Shown one piece after another: positions 1 to 9,507 of a DNA stretch of 64,000 nucleotides (position 1 is the stretch's first letter; every line of letters starts with the position of its first letter). The notes beneath the pieces were generated by a model. It was not told the DNA's origin and ran no database searches. It saw nothing but the letters and a program-made list of their open reading frames with translations. The DNA comes from an uncultured Pseudomonadales bacterium (GTDB taxonomy: Bacteria; Patescibacteriota; Microgenomatia; UBA1400; Chazhemtobacteraceae). The stretch covers positions 249,013-313,012 of the forward strand of contig CAYQZQ010000001.1 in NCBI GenBank assembly GCA_964422035.1. Direction: 5' to 3'. The translations under genes were made by a program, and so were the position numbers.

Positions 1-626
1 GCTTGAGGAGCTTTAATGGACAACTGACCTGCAATGTCTCTGCTGTTACTGGAGGTAATTAGAACACCAGGCTGGGTGACTTCAAGATCTGTCTGTCCTA
101 GATAACCATGGGTGAAGGCAAGAATTTGAATTCCAGTAAGAGGAGATTGTGGGTCAAATTTTAGACGCAGATCTGAAGTGCTGGTTTCTCCATCGATAAA
201 GACAAAGGTGTCTTTTAAAACATGAAGATTGTCACCTAAAGTAAAGTTAGTTTTGACGGTGCCAGTGCTTAGATCTTCATCAAAACTGCAGCTGCCACCC
301 GCGCTGCAGGTACCTAATAAAAAAGACCTGGTGTAAGGCAGATCGGTGGGAAATTCTACTGTGGCTCGACCTCCTTTGAGAGAGTTACCTGACAAGTACT
401 CGATTTCAAGCTTTGCTTCGGGAATATCTCCTGGCTTGTCAATCATCAAGGTTAAAAGTTTGCCGGTTGGGTGAGGAAAGAGAGCCACAAAGGGTCTTTG
501 GTTTATTTCAAGTTGATTAATTATTCTTTGAGTTGTCTTGGCCTCTTCTTGAGGAGCTTTTTTACCACAAGCACCCAAAAGAAGAGCAAAAGAGATTATT
601 AGTGTTAGTTTTAAGAATTTTTTCAT
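1..626 (-). CDS. Lipoprotein, partial (N-terminal part only; continues beyond window start)
   Basis: The minus-strand translation begins MKKFLKLTLIISFALLLGAC GKK. This is a signal peptide plus lipobox (LGAC). Its ATG (626..624) overlaps the glyQS TGA stop (625..623) as ATGA. The ORF runs off the window at position 1. It is not in the ORF track because it lacks an in-window stop. Confidence 0.55.
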   Translation of the reverse strand, partial: MKKFLKLTLIISFALLLGACGKKAPQEEAKTTQRIINQLEINQRPFVALFPHPTGKLLTLMIDKPGDIPEAKLEIEYLSGNSLKGGRATVEFPTDLPYTRSFLLGTCSAGGSCSFDEDLSTGTVKTNFTLGDNLHVLKDTFVFIDGETSTSDLRLKFDPQSPLTGIQILAFTHGYLGQTDLEVTQPGVLITSSNSRDIAGQLSIKAPQ

Positions 627-1990
627 TTAAGTTTTTCTTGTAGATAATTTCTAAGTTTACCAATGGCAACTCTTTGTTGGCCAGTGGTATCTCTATCTCT
701 GACAGTGACGGTGTCATCTTCTAAGGTATCGTAGTCGATTGTAATACAAAATGGGGTACCTATCTCGTCTTGGGTGTAGTAGCGCTTGCCGATATTGCCT
801 CGATCATCCCAAGCGGTAACCATATCTTGGTATAGAAGTCCGTGAACTTCTTTAGCTTTGCCGACGATGTCTTCTTTGTTGCTAACCAGTGGGAAGATGG
901 CTGTTTTGTAAGGAGATAGATGATTTGGAAGCTTGAGGACTGTTCTGTCGTTGGCTTTGTCCTCCCAATAGGAATTGATTAAGACGGTTGTTAGGGAGCG
1001 GGTAATACCAAAAGTTGGCTCGATGACATGAGGAATAAATTTTTCTTGAGTATGAGGATCGGTATAGTGCAGATCAGTGCCTGATTTATCCATGTGGTTT
1101 TTAAGATCAAAGTTTGTTCTGTATGCAATGGCAAACCATTCCTTGTATCCAAACGGGTATTTATATTCGAGATCTTCTGTCTTTTTTGAGTAGTGAGAGA
1201 GCTCATCTTCAGTATGTGGACGCCAGCGGAGTTTGTCATCCTCTACTCCAAGTAGGTTGGCGAAGCTTTGGGTTCTTTCTTTCCAGAAGTCATACCATTG
1301 AACCCATTCATCTTCTCTGATGAAGTATTCAAATTCAGCTAGATCAAACTCTAAAACCCTGAAGGTAAACTGACCCATGGTTATCTCATTGCGAAAGGCT
1401 TTGCCGACTTGAGCAAGACCAAAGGGAAGTTTGGGATGAAGAGAGTCTAGTACATTTTTGAAGTTAACAAACATTCCCTGAGCAGTCTCCCCTCTTAGAT
1501 AAGTAGTGTTTTTTTCATCTGTAATAAGACCAACGCTGGTTTCAAATAAAAGATTAAACGCCCTGGGTTCCGTCCAGTCGAATTGACCGCAAACCGGACA
1601 GTGAATTTCTTCCTTGTCAATAATGTCAGCTAGTTGCTTAGGTGACTTGCCCTCTACTTTGATGTCATCTAGTTTATTTTCAATTAAATGATCAGCTCTG
1701 GTGCGGTTTTGACAGTTTTTGCAATCCAGCAAGACATCTGTAAAGCTATCTGCATGTCCTGATGCATGCCAGACTTGAGGACTCATTAAAACTCCAGTGT
1801 CTAGACCATAAACTTCTGGTCTTCTGTGAACGAATTCCTGCCACCAAAGATTAACAATATTTCTTTTTAGCTCAACTCCTAAGGGACCAAGATCATAAGT
1901 ATTGGCTAGGCCTCCATAAATATCAGAGCCTGGATATATAAAACCTCTGCGCTTGCTTAATGAAACTACTTTTTCTAACAAATTAGCCAT
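623..1990 (-). CDS. glyQS: Glycine--tRNA ligase, single-chain alpha2 (GlyQS) type
   Basis: 455 aa. The N-terminus MANLLEKVVSLSKRRGFIYPGSDIYGGLANTYDLGPLGVELKRN is the hallmark start of class II GlyRS of the glyQS type. HIGH-free class II motifs are present further in. It ends with TGA. Confidence 0.85.
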   Translation of the reverse strand: MANLLEKVVSLSKRRGFIYPGSDIYGGLANTYDLGPLGVELKRNIVNLWWQEFVHRRPEVYGLDTGVLMSPQVWHASGHADSFTDVLLDCKNCQNRTRADHLIENKLDDIKVEGKSPKQLADIIDKEEIHCPVCGQFDWTEPRAFNLLFETSVGLITDEKNTTYLRGETAQGMFVNFKNVLDSLHPKLPFGLAQVGKAFRNEITMGQFTFRVLEFDLAEFEYFIREDEWVQWYDFWKERTQSFANLLGVEDDKLRWRPHTEDELSHYSKKTEDLEYKYPFGYKEWFAIAYRTNFDLKNHMDKSGTDLHYTDPHTQEKFIPHVIEPTFGITRSLTTVLINSYWEDKANDRTVLKLPNHLSPYKTAIFPLVSNKEDIVGKAKEVHGLLYQDMVTAWDDRGNIGKRYYTQDEIGTPFCITIDYDTLEDDTVTVRDRDTTGQQRVAIGKLRNYLQEKLK

Positions 1991-2011
1991 AGAAGTATTT
2001 TATCAGAAGTA

Positions 2012-2566
2012 TTAATCCAGACTTGATTTGGCAATCAAGCGGGAATCAATGATGTATTCAAAGTAATTTTTAAGACTTTCGAGATCTTTGTGTTTGGGTT
2101 GGCCGTAGCCTAGATGTTCTAAGAGGTTAAGTTGAAATTTTTTAACTCCGGCTTGTTGATGAAATTTGTTTTGGCGATTCGTCTCCTCCAGGAAAGAAAG
2201 TAATACTAAAAGTTCATTGAAGACATGAGGGTGAGCTTGTTGTTCTGGTAGAAGTTTGTCTAGTATCTCACCTACCTGAAAAGTTAAACTCATGGTAGAT
2301 AGTTCTTCTCGAAGTGAGGAGAATGAGCGAATTGTTTCGGCTTGAGTAACCAAAGGAATGAATTTGGTGCGAACTAAGTGAAGCTTGCTGTGAACGAAAG
2401 GTTCTAGATGGGGACCTTTTTTAGAAGTGGTTTTTCTAACTCCTTTGGCGACGATGTTCATCTTGCCATAGTTTTTGAAAAAAACTGTGATGATGCGGTC
2501 AGCTTCTTTGTAATTGAAACGTTTGAAAATTATTGCTTGATCAGTAAAGTTTCGGGGCAAACTCAT
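2012..2566 (-). CDS. recO: DNA repair protein RecO (short form)
   Basis: 184 aa. The N-terminal OB-fold pattern AIIFKRFNYKEADRIITVFFKNYGKMNIVAKGVRK matches the RecO N-terminal consensus (ahVL..r.y.EsD.i...ft...G.....AKGar). The recO-glyQ adjacency is conserved in many bacteria. Confidence 0.55.
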   Translation of the reverse strand: MSLPRNFTDQAIIFKRFNYKEADRIITVFFKNYGKMNIVAKGVRKTTSKKGPHLEPFVHSKLHLVRTKFIPLVTQAETIRSFSSLREELSTMSLTFQVGEILDKLLPEQQAHPHVFNELLVLLSFLEETNRQNKFHQQAGVKKFQLNLLEHLGYGQPKHKDLESLKNYFEYIIDSRLIAKSSLD

Positions 2567-2567
2567 G

Positions 2568-4544
2568 TTACTGCAAGTTAATTTTCAGATCTCCTGCAAC
2601 CTCTTCTTCATAAACATTACCGTTGTAGATGATTTGGTGTTTGATATTGGATTTACCTGGTTGCTTTTGAATCATAAGTGGCAAGTCTTGGGAGTATTCA
2701 CCTGAGAGCCTGTATTTGAAAACAAGCTTACTTGAAGACTGAGGTCGCAAGGTAAAGGAAGACTCAAAGACGGTTTTGCCAAGATCTTCACTTTCAGCTG
2801 CAGCTGTTTCTGAACCTATGACCTCAATTAACTGGGCACCCTTGGGAACATATAATCGAACCCATTGATGCAAAACGGCATTCAGACAAAGACCGGGAGC
2901 TTCTGGATCGCAGTTGGATGAAGGGTGGGGGTTGTTGTAGTTGATGGTAACTGTTTTTTCTACTTGACCATTATTGTTGGTGATTTCCTGTTCGACGGAC
3001 TGCTCGACAAAGAGGTTAGACTTAGCACCGCCAAAGTTAGCGTCATTGATATGAAGATAATCGCCATCAAATGGTCTGATTCTGCCAGCAGCTTGGAAAC
3101 TTTCAGCTGAATCTTGGGAACTTTCGTCAAAGAAATAGAAGAGTAAGTGCTTTTCTTGAATAGAACTAAGGCCAACGTTAAGTAATTTAGGCCATAAATG
3201 CTTAGGTGAGCCCATGGCATTAGCTAGAATTGAGTGCATTAAGGGACCTAAAACAGCTTTTCTATCCTCCCTTATATAACCAACTTGTCTGGTGGCGATG
3301 TTTTCTAAAGCGTAAACGACTTGAGGAATATTCCAGCGTTCATCTATTTCAGCACTAAACTCGCCCCATCCTCCTACTCCAACCGGACCAAGTACTTCTA
3401 GAAGACGAACCGGAACTTGTGTATCGATGGCGATAACTCCATCGACTTCTCGAGTGCCAGGAACATCTCTGAAATGGCCCATGAAAGTGTCCATGCTTGT
3501 TTTAAAATCTGGACTTAAGTTCATGTTGCGCAAGTGCCAGGTGTACTCATCTAAAAACTTCTTGATAGCTGGAGGTGCTTCAACGTTTTTGTTGAATCTG
3601 GCATCCAGATGGTAAATATCGCGTGACTCAAGCGGGGTAATCTTGCCGTTATGAACCTTTATATATGCGTAAGCGGTCAGAAAACCTCCGGTAGGCCGTA
3701 TTTCTCCGTCGTTTTGGAAAAGAAGTAGATAAATTTTTTCTTCATCTTGGCCTAAAAGTTGAGGTAGTAACTCGATTAGTGGCTTGGACTCGGAAAGGGC
3801 TTTCTGAGATTCTTTGAAGGTGTCTTGAGCTTTTGTGATGTTAGGTCTTATTTTTTTGCCAGCTATTGAGTAGGGGTAGTGGTTGGGATTGATCTGATCT
3901 AGCTCTTCTTGTGCTTTCTGAAGATCTGAGTTTATTTCCTCAAGCTGTGGAGAGATGGCATCAAGAGTTTGAGTGAGGAAGAGTATTCTTTCTTCAGCAG
4001 TCTGGGTCTCTACCTGGCCTTGACCTCCTTTGGCTTTAAAGCCAAGCAAGTCCGCATACGGATTTATAGCTGTAATTAGCTTTTGGCCTGCTTGAAGAGA
4101 ATGAGAGGCAGCATTAAGACCATGTTGTCCGTCAAGGTAGTAGATGCGTAAACCGGGAACAAATTTAAGCCAAACCAATCTTTGATATCGCTTATCGACT
4201 GTTTCTAGACTTTGCTTGGTTTCATCAAGGTGAGTTTGGGCGGCAGCAAGATCCTGATCTTGAATGCTGTCTACAATTTGTCTGCCTGAGTTTGCGGTCT
4301 CTTGTAGTGGTTGGCGCATGGAATATGCAGGAATACCAATGGCAAGGCTTAGGAGAAGAATAAGAGCCAACAAGCCACCCACTATGTATATTGCAGGGGA
4401 AAACTTTGCAGAAAAACCTGAAAATTTGGGAAGTGAGAGAGATTTAAATGAAAAACTAGGCAAACTAAATTTCTTTTTAGTCTTTTTATTATTCTCAGTC
4501 TCTTGAGAATTTTCTTGGTCGTTGTCTATCTTTTTTAGCTCCAT
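2568..4544 (-). CDS. Large N-terminally anchored extracytoplasmic protein, DUF4012-like
   Basis: 658 aa. It has a Lys/Ser-rich cytoplasmic tail with repeated FSxPxFS units (FSLPSFSFKSLSLPKFSGFSAKFS), then one TM (IYIVGGLLALILLLSLAIGI), then a long soluble domain. The motif YLLLFQNDGEIRPTGGFLTAYAYIKVHNGKI resembles the DUF4012 core as I recall it. Confidence 0.4.
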   Translation of the reverse strand: MELKKIDNDQENSQETENNKKTKKKFSLPSFSFKSLSLPKFSGFSAKFSPAIYIVGGLLALILLLSLAIGIPAYSMRQPLQETANSGRQIVDSIQDQDLAAAQTHLDETKQSLETVDKRYQRLVWLKFVPGLRIYYLDGQHGLNAASHSLQAGQKLITAINPYADLLGFKAKGGQGQVETQTAEERILFLTQTLDAISPQLEEINSDLQKAQEELDQINPNHYPYSIAGKKIRPNITKAQDTFKESQKALSESKPLIELLPQLLGQDEEKIYLLLFQNDGEIRPTGGFLTAYAYIKVHNGKITPLESRDIYHLDARFNKNVEAPPAIKKFLDEYTWHLRNMNLSPDFKTSMDTFMGHFRDVPGTREVDGVIAIDTQVPVRLLEVLGPVGVGGWGEFSAEIDERWNIPQVVYALENIATRQVGYIREDRKAVLGPLMHSILANAMGSPKHLWPKLLNVGLSSIQEKHLLFYFFDESSQDSAESFQAAGRIRPFDGDYLHINDANFGGAKSNLFVEQSVEQEITNNNGQVEKTVTINYNNPHPSSNCDPEAPGLCLNAVLHQWVRLYVPKGAQLIEVIGSETAAAESEDLGKTVFESSFTLRPQSSSKLVFKYRLSGEYSQDLPLMIQKQPGKSNIKHQIIYNGNVYEEEVAGDLKINLQ

Positions 4545-4587
4545 TAATCCAGTTTACCGTTTTGTTAAGGGTTAAATCAATACTTGC

Positions 4588-5238
4588 CTACCACTTAGAA
4601 ATCATAGCCAGAGGAGTACGCAGGATTATAAGCAGATCGTTGATAATGTTTCTTTTGTTGGCGTAGCGGGCGTCTATCTGAACTCTTTCATCCCAGGGGA
4701 TGTCGTTTCTGCCTGACACCTGCCAACGCCCGGTTAGTCCAGGTTTAACTCTCAAACTTTCGTCGATGTAAGCCTCAATCTTTTTTCCATAGCGCTTGAT
4801 GGCATCATCAAGTTCTTTTTGGACATAAGCTCTGGGACCAACTAAACTCATCTCTCCCATGAAGATATTAAAAACTTGAGGAGTTTCATCCAGTGATGTC
4901 TGTCTCATTATTTTGCCCAGCTTGGTGATTCGAGGATCTTCATCAAGACCCAGTTTCCATCCTTGCTTTTTATATTTTTCGTACAACTTTTTATCTTTTT
5001 CCCAGTATTTGACTGCGTGAACCAGTTCTCCATCTACTTTGAACATGCGCATAGAACGGAATTTGAGCATTTTAAAAGGTTTTCCACCTTGGCCAACCCT
5101 GATTGGTTTGTAAAAAATTGGACCAGGTGAGTCAAGTTTTATTAAGATGGGAATAATGATCCAGATGGGAAGAAAGAGAACAGCGAGAATTAGAGAAGCA
5201 ATGATATCAATCAAGCGCTTAGTTATTTTATAAAACAT
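4588..5238 (-). CDS. Small polyprenyl-phosphate phosphoglycosyltransferase (bacterial sugar transferase, PglC/WbaP C-terminal-domain type)
   Basis: 216 aa. It has an N-terminal re-entrant hydrophobic helix. The motifs SLVGPRA and KPGLTGRWQVSGRNDIPWDERVQIDARY are canonical for the PF02397 sugar-transferase family. Confidence 0.8.
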   Translation of the reverse strand: MFYKITKRLIDIIASLILAVLFLPIWIIIPILIKLDSPGPIFYKPIRVGQGGKPFKMLKFRSMRMFKVDGELVHAVKYWEKDKKLYEKYKKQGWKLGLDEDPRITKLGKIMRQTSLDETPQVFNIFMGEMSLVGPRAYVQKELDDAIKRYGKKIEAYIDESLRVKPGLTGRWQVSGRNDIPWDERVQIDARYANKRNIINDLLIILRTPLAMISKW

Positions 5239-5243
5239 TAATT

Positions 5244-6365
5244 TTAGGTGTATTTATTAAGTTTTTGCTTTTTGAGTAGGTTAACTAATTTTTTGACATC
5301 TTCTGCTTTGTCTTTGTGGCAAACTAAGAGAGCATCTTTGGTATCGACGATGATTAAGTCCTCCACACCAATTGTAGCAATTAACTGATCATCAAAGTGA
5401 ATAAGAGTGTTTTTTGTATCTATACTATGGTGACTACCCTCTTGTCCGTAGCTGATAACCACATTTCCGTCCTCATCTTTTTGTGAGAGGTCATAAACCG
5501 CCTGCCAATCTCCAATGTCACTCCAGCCGAATTTACCGGGAATGACAACGAGTTTGTCTGTTTTTTCCGAGATGGCATAGTCAATTGAGTCTGGACGAGC
5601 TTGTTTGTATTGCTCTATTAAAACGTCTTGTTGATCTGACTGGCCTATCGATTGATAGATTGTGTCGATGTTTTTGTATAAATCAGGGTCAAGTTTTTTG
5701 AATTCATCCAAGATGGTTTGTGAAGGCCAAACGTAGTTGTTGGCATTCCAGTAGTAGTTGCCTGCTTGAAGGAAACTTTGAGCTGATTTCAGGTCAGGTT
5801 TTTCTTTGAAGGCAGTGACTTTGTGAACTTCAGTACCGTTTACATCTCTCATCTTTTCTCCTGCCTCAATGTAACCTAGGCCGACGTGAGGAAACTTAGG
5901 TTGGATACCTACGGTAACAATCAGTTTTTCTTGAAAGGCTACTTTAGCAGCTTGCTTAAGTGTTGTTTGATATAAATCGACATCGTTAATAAGATGATCT
6001 GTGGCCAAGTTAATAATGACAGCATCAGGATCTTGTTTGTGAATATGAGCTGCCGCTACCCCCATGGCAAGGGCGGTGTTTTTCTTTTCTGGTTCTCCGA
6101 TTATGTTTTCTTCAGGAATAAGGGGTTCTTGATTTTGAATGTCCTCAACGTAGCTATCATTGGTGATAACAAAAACTCTTGAAAGAGGAATTAGATCTTT
6201 GACTCTTTTGATGGTTTGCTGGAAAAGTGTGTGGTGATGAAAAAGAGAGCTGAATTGTTTAGGGCTTGATTTGCGGGAGCGAGGCCAAAGTCTGGTACCT
6301 GTACCGCCAGCCAGAAGGCAGATATATGTATGATCTAGATAGTTTTCTGTTGATGGTTCTCCCAT
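5244..6365 (-). CDS. manC: Mannose-1-phosphate guanylyltransferase (nucleotidyltransferase domain only, no cupin/PMI domain)
   Basis: It carries LLAGGTGTRLWPRSR...PKQF, EPEKKNTALA, GIQPKFPHVGLGYIE and FKEKPD..AQSFLQAGNYYWNANNYVW, followed by SIDYAISEKT. Together these are the ManC/CpsB motif set. Confidence 0.75.
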   Translation of the reverse strand: MGEPSTENYLDHTYICLLAGGTGTRLWPRSRKSSPKQFSSLFHHHTLFQQTIKRVKDLIPLSRVFVITNDSYVEDIQNQEPLIPEENIIGEPEKKNTALAMGVAAAHIHKQDPDAVIINLATDHLINDVDLYQTTLKQAAKVAFQEKLIVTVGIQPKFPHVGLGYIEAGEKMRDVNGTEVHKVTAFKEKPDLKSAQSFLQAGNYYWNANNYVWPSQTILDEFKKLDPDLYKNIDTIYQSIGQSDQQDVLIEQYKQARPDSIDYAISEKTDKLVVIPGKFGWSDIGDWQAVYDLSQKDEDGNVVISYGQEGSHHSIDTKNTLIHFDDQLIATIGVEDLIIVDTKDALLVCHKDKAEDVKKLVNLLKKQKLNKYT

Positions 6366-7459
6366 AGAGTTTTGGTTTTTTGTTTAGTTAATTTTTGAAA
6401 ACGAGATTGGTTAAAGTTTTCAGCTTGATGTTGACATAGTTTATCAGAAAACTGATTAGTCATGTTTTCAAACTGACCAATAGTTTTGATGATAGCAGAT
6501 GGAGTTTGGTTTTTGAAAAACAAGCCAGTTTTACCCTCAATGACTGTTTCGGTGGCGCCACCTTTTTTATAAGCAATTACGGGAGTGCCAGCGGCCTGAG
6601 CTTCAAGAGGAACTATGCCAAAATCTTCCAACTGAGGAAAGACTAAAGCTTTAGCTTGAGAGTAGAGACTGCGCAGGTGCTGATCACTGACGTGGCCAAG
6701 AAACTGAATGTTTTGCTTAGCCATTTTTTGGAGCTTGTTGATCTGTGAGCCGGTACCAACTATTTTTAACTTTTTTTCTGACATTTGGTTGAAGGCTTTA
6801 ACTACTATGCTGGTTTTTTTGTATGACTCCAAACGAGAGACTAAAAGATAGAAGTCTTGTGTTTGCTGAGTGTCAGCTGAAAAGTACTGATAATTAACGG
6901 GTGGATAAATAACTTGCGACTGGCGATTATAAAATTTCTCAATCCTTTTTTGTACGGTTTTGGAGATAGCCAGATACTTATCTGGCCTTTGGGCAAAGAT
7001 ATAATCGCGTTTTTTAAGTCTTGGGCGGAATAGTTTGAAAAAGGGTTTAATCAGAGGAGACAAAAGACCAAAAGCGGGGTGTTTTAGATAATCTTGTTGA
7101 GCTGACCAAAGATATCGAGTGGGAGTCAGACAGTAACAGATATGCAGGGTGTCAGGCTTGGTAATAATACACTTGGCTGACTCTGAGGTGAGAGAAATGA
7201 CTAGATCAAAATCACGGAAGTCAAAACTTTCAAAACCTAAGGGGGCCAGGAGAGCTAAAAGCTGATGTCTAGTGCGTAAAAATTTAATTTTATTAAAGAA
7301 ACTAGGAATAACCTCTATGTGGCTGGCCCAGGTGGCAGTCCGGGGATTATGAACCAAGGTGTATAGGGGAGCATCCGGGAAAACTTTATGAAGTTGAAGT
7401 AGCAGTCTTTCCGCCCCACCAAACTTATTTACCCGATCGTAGACTAGTGCAACTTTCAT
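6335..7459 (-). CDS. GT4-family glycosyltransferase
   Basis: C-terminal EDFGIVPLEAQAAGTPVIAYKKGGATETV (E-x7-E GT4 motif). The track ORF starts at 7519, but the likely start is MKVALVYDR at 7459, whose ATG overlaps the upstream gene's TGA as ATGA. Confidence 0.8.
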   Translation of the reverse strand: MKVALVYDRVNKFGGAERLLLQLHKVFPDAPLYTLVHNPRTATWASHIEVIPSFFNKIKFLRTRHQLLALLAPLGFESFDFRDFDLVISLTSESAKCIITKPDTLHICYCLTPTRYLWSAQQDYLKHPAFGLLSPLIKPFFKLFRPRLKKRDYIFAQRPDKYLAISKTVQKRIEKFYNRQSQVIYPPVNYQYFSADTQQTQDFYLLVSRLESYKKTSIVVKAFNQMSEKKLKIVGTGSQINKLQKMAKQNIQFLGHVSDQHLRSLYSQAKALVFPQLEDFGIVPLEAQAAGTPVIAYKKGGATETVIEGKTGLFFKNQTPSAIIKTIGQFENMTNQFSDKLCQHQAENFNQSRFQKLTKQKTKTLWENHQQKTI

Positions 7460-8571
7460 GATTTTGCTGAAAGAACCTGTTGATAAGCTTGTAGTGTTTT
7501 TAGGGCTGTTTTTTTCCAAGAAAATTTGGTTACATGTTTTTTGCCTCTTTGGGAGAGCTCCTGTCTTAAGCTTTGATCTTGAACAATTTTTTCAAGCTTT
7601 AAGATAAAGTCTATTTGGTCGTGTGGGTCAAAATATAGAGCCGCATCTGAGTAAACTTCGGGCAGGCAGCTGGCAGATGAAGATAGCACAGGTAAACCAA
7701 CCCTCATTGCTTCCAGACCAGTTAATCCAAACCCCTCCAGTAAAGAAGGTTGCACTAAAGCTAAGCCTTGAGAATAAAGCTGAGCCATCTCATCGTCGGG
7801 AACATAACCTAAGGGCTTTATGTACTTGGTAGTTGAGAATCTGTCATGAAAAGCGTCACGAGCGCTTATTAGAGCCAAGGTGACTTTGTTGTGGTGATTT
7901 TTGTTGTACTGCTTTACTGCCTTAACCAGAAAGTCAACGTTTTTATGAGGATATAAATTGCCAGTATAGACGATAAATGGTTTTTGGAGTTTGTATTTGG
8001 AGAGAATCTTTTTATCTACTTTACGGGGGATTTTGAAATCACTGGTGACAGCTTCGTAAGTAACATGGATTTTTTGGGGATCAAGAGACATGTTGTTGAT
8101 TAAGTAATTTTTCCAGTAATGAGAGGGGGTAATGACGGCGTTTGATTTTTTGATGGTTTGATTTAAAACCAGCTTGTACCCCAAGCGCTTGACTTGATAC
8201 TGCCAGGGCGGCAAGGTACTGGTTTTAGTGCCAGTTGAAAAGTGTTTTATTAAATCATGTAAGGTGATAACTAGTGGCTGGTTGTAAAAGATGGGAGCAT
8301 TGAAATGAGGAACATGAAGAAGATCAAGATTTTGCTTTTTGAACTTGAATAAATTGACTAACTGCTCAGAAAAACTGTAAATTCTAGTCTTTAAGGGGAC
8401 GATTTTAATTTGAGAGGAGTTAAAGTCTTGTTGCAAAAGATCTGGATCTCCAAAAAGTACATACTGGTTTTTTTTATCAAGATTTATTAACTGACGAAGA
8501 AGATTTTGAGTGTATCGGCCGATACCGGTGTGTTTAGGGCCGTATAGACGTGCATCAATACCTATTTTCAT
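7456..8571 (-). CDS. GT4-family glycosyltransferase
   Basis: N-terminal MKIGIDARLYGPKHTGIGRYTQNLL and C-terminal EGFGLTGLEAMRVGLPVLSSSASCLPEV. Confidence 0.85.
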   Translation of the reverse strand: MKIGIDARLYGPKHTGIGRYTQNLLRQLINLDKKNQYVLFGDPDLLQQDFNSSQIKIVPLKTRIYSFSEQLVNLFKFKKQNLDLLHVPHFNAPIFYNQPLVITLHDLIKHFSTGTKTSTLPPWQYQVKRLGYKLVLNQTIKKSNAVITPSHYWKNYLINNMSLDPQKIHVTYEAVTSDFKIPRKVDKKILSKYKLQKPFIVYTGNLYPHKNVDFLVKAVKQYNKNHHNKVTLALISARDAFHDRFSTTKYIKPLGYVPDDEMAQLYSQGLALVQPSLLEGFGLTGLEAMRVGLPVLSSSASCLPEVYSDAALYFDPHDQIDFILKLEKIVQDQSLRQELSQRGKKHVTKFSWKKTALKTLQAYQQVLSAKS

Positions 8572-8586
8572 GTTTGTTGACCTAAT

Positions 8587-9507
8587 TTAAGACAATTTGT
8601 GTTTTAACACTCTGAAAAAACCTAAGAGTGAGATACCGCCCAGAACAAAACTAGTAACTATTTTGGGGTACTTATCTTTATAAAATTTCCTGTAAAAGAT
8701 CTTCATAGCCTTTACTGATGATTTGGCTACTTTAACTCGAGTGGCTTTAGGAGGTTTGGCGATTTCTTTGCTTTCCTTCCTTAAGCCTGAGCTGGCACCC
8801 TTATAGTGCATAACGACTGTGTGAGGATAGTAGACAATGTCTTTTCCAGCTTGATGTATCTGGTAGCAAAGGTCGATGTCTTCACCGTAAAAGAAGTACT
8901 CTTCTCCCCAACCACCAACTTGTAAAAAGAGTTCTTTGGGCATTAATAGATATGATCCAGCCGCTACCTCGATAGAGTGAGTTTCGTCAAAATTTTTGTA
9001 TGACTGGTAATATTGATTGAAGAGTTTGCTTTGGGGAAAGAGTCGGTCTAGGAAAGTGAAGTGGGTAATTGAAGTCCAGGGAGTGGGAAAACCGCGATGA
9101 TTGTCTGGATCTAGATCACCTGAGGCGAGTTTGAGCTTGACGGTTAAAGCCCCCACCTGAGGGTTCTCTTGCATGTATTTGACCGGTTTGGTTAGTGAGT
9201 TTTTGTTGACGACGGTGTCTGAATTTAGAAATAGAACGTATTCTCCGGTAGATATGTCTACCCCTTGATTGTTGGCAGCTGCAAAGCCGGTGTTATCCTT
9301 GTTAGCTATTAACTTTACCTGAGGGAATTCCTTTTTCACCATAGCAACACTGTCATCGGGGGAGTTGTTGTCCACTACTATAATTTCCAAACCACCCTCT
9401 GGGTGATCTGCTTTTTGTAGTGACTCAATGCAGTTTTTTAATAAGTTCTTGGTGTTGTAGGAGATGATGATAACTGAAAGTTTGTTTTGATATTTAGACA
9501 TTGGCAA
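8587..9507 (-). CDS. GT2-family glycosyltransferase
   Basis: LSVIIISYNTKNLL...EIIVVDNNSPDDS, with the DxD motif in LFLNSDTVV. Confidence 0.85.
   Translation of the reverse strand: MPMSKYQNKLSVIIISYNTKNLLKNCIESLQKADHPEGGLEIIVVDNNSPDDSVAMVKKEFPQVKLIANKDNTGFAAANNQGVDISTGEYVLFLNSDTVVNKNSLTKPVKYMQENPQVGALTVKLKLASGDLDPDNHRGFPTPWTSITHFTFLDRLFPQSKLFNQYYQSYKNFDETHSIEVAAGSYLLMPKELFLQVGGWGEEYFFYGEDIDLCYQIHQAGKDIVYYPHTVVMHYKGASSGLRKESKEIAKPPKATRVKVAKSSVKAMKIFYRKFYKDKYPKIVTSFVLGGISLLGFFRVLKHKLS

Noticed and set aside
991-1320. Small ORFs of 60-110 aa antisense to, or nested in, large genes. Examples are 991..1239, 1114..1320, 2925..3110, 5994..6182, 25264..25513, 28472..29146, 30295..30882 and 42606..43230.
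   Set aside because: They lie wholly inside well-supported long CDSs on the opposite strand or in another frame. They have low-complexity composition and no recognisable motifs, so they are treated as spurious.
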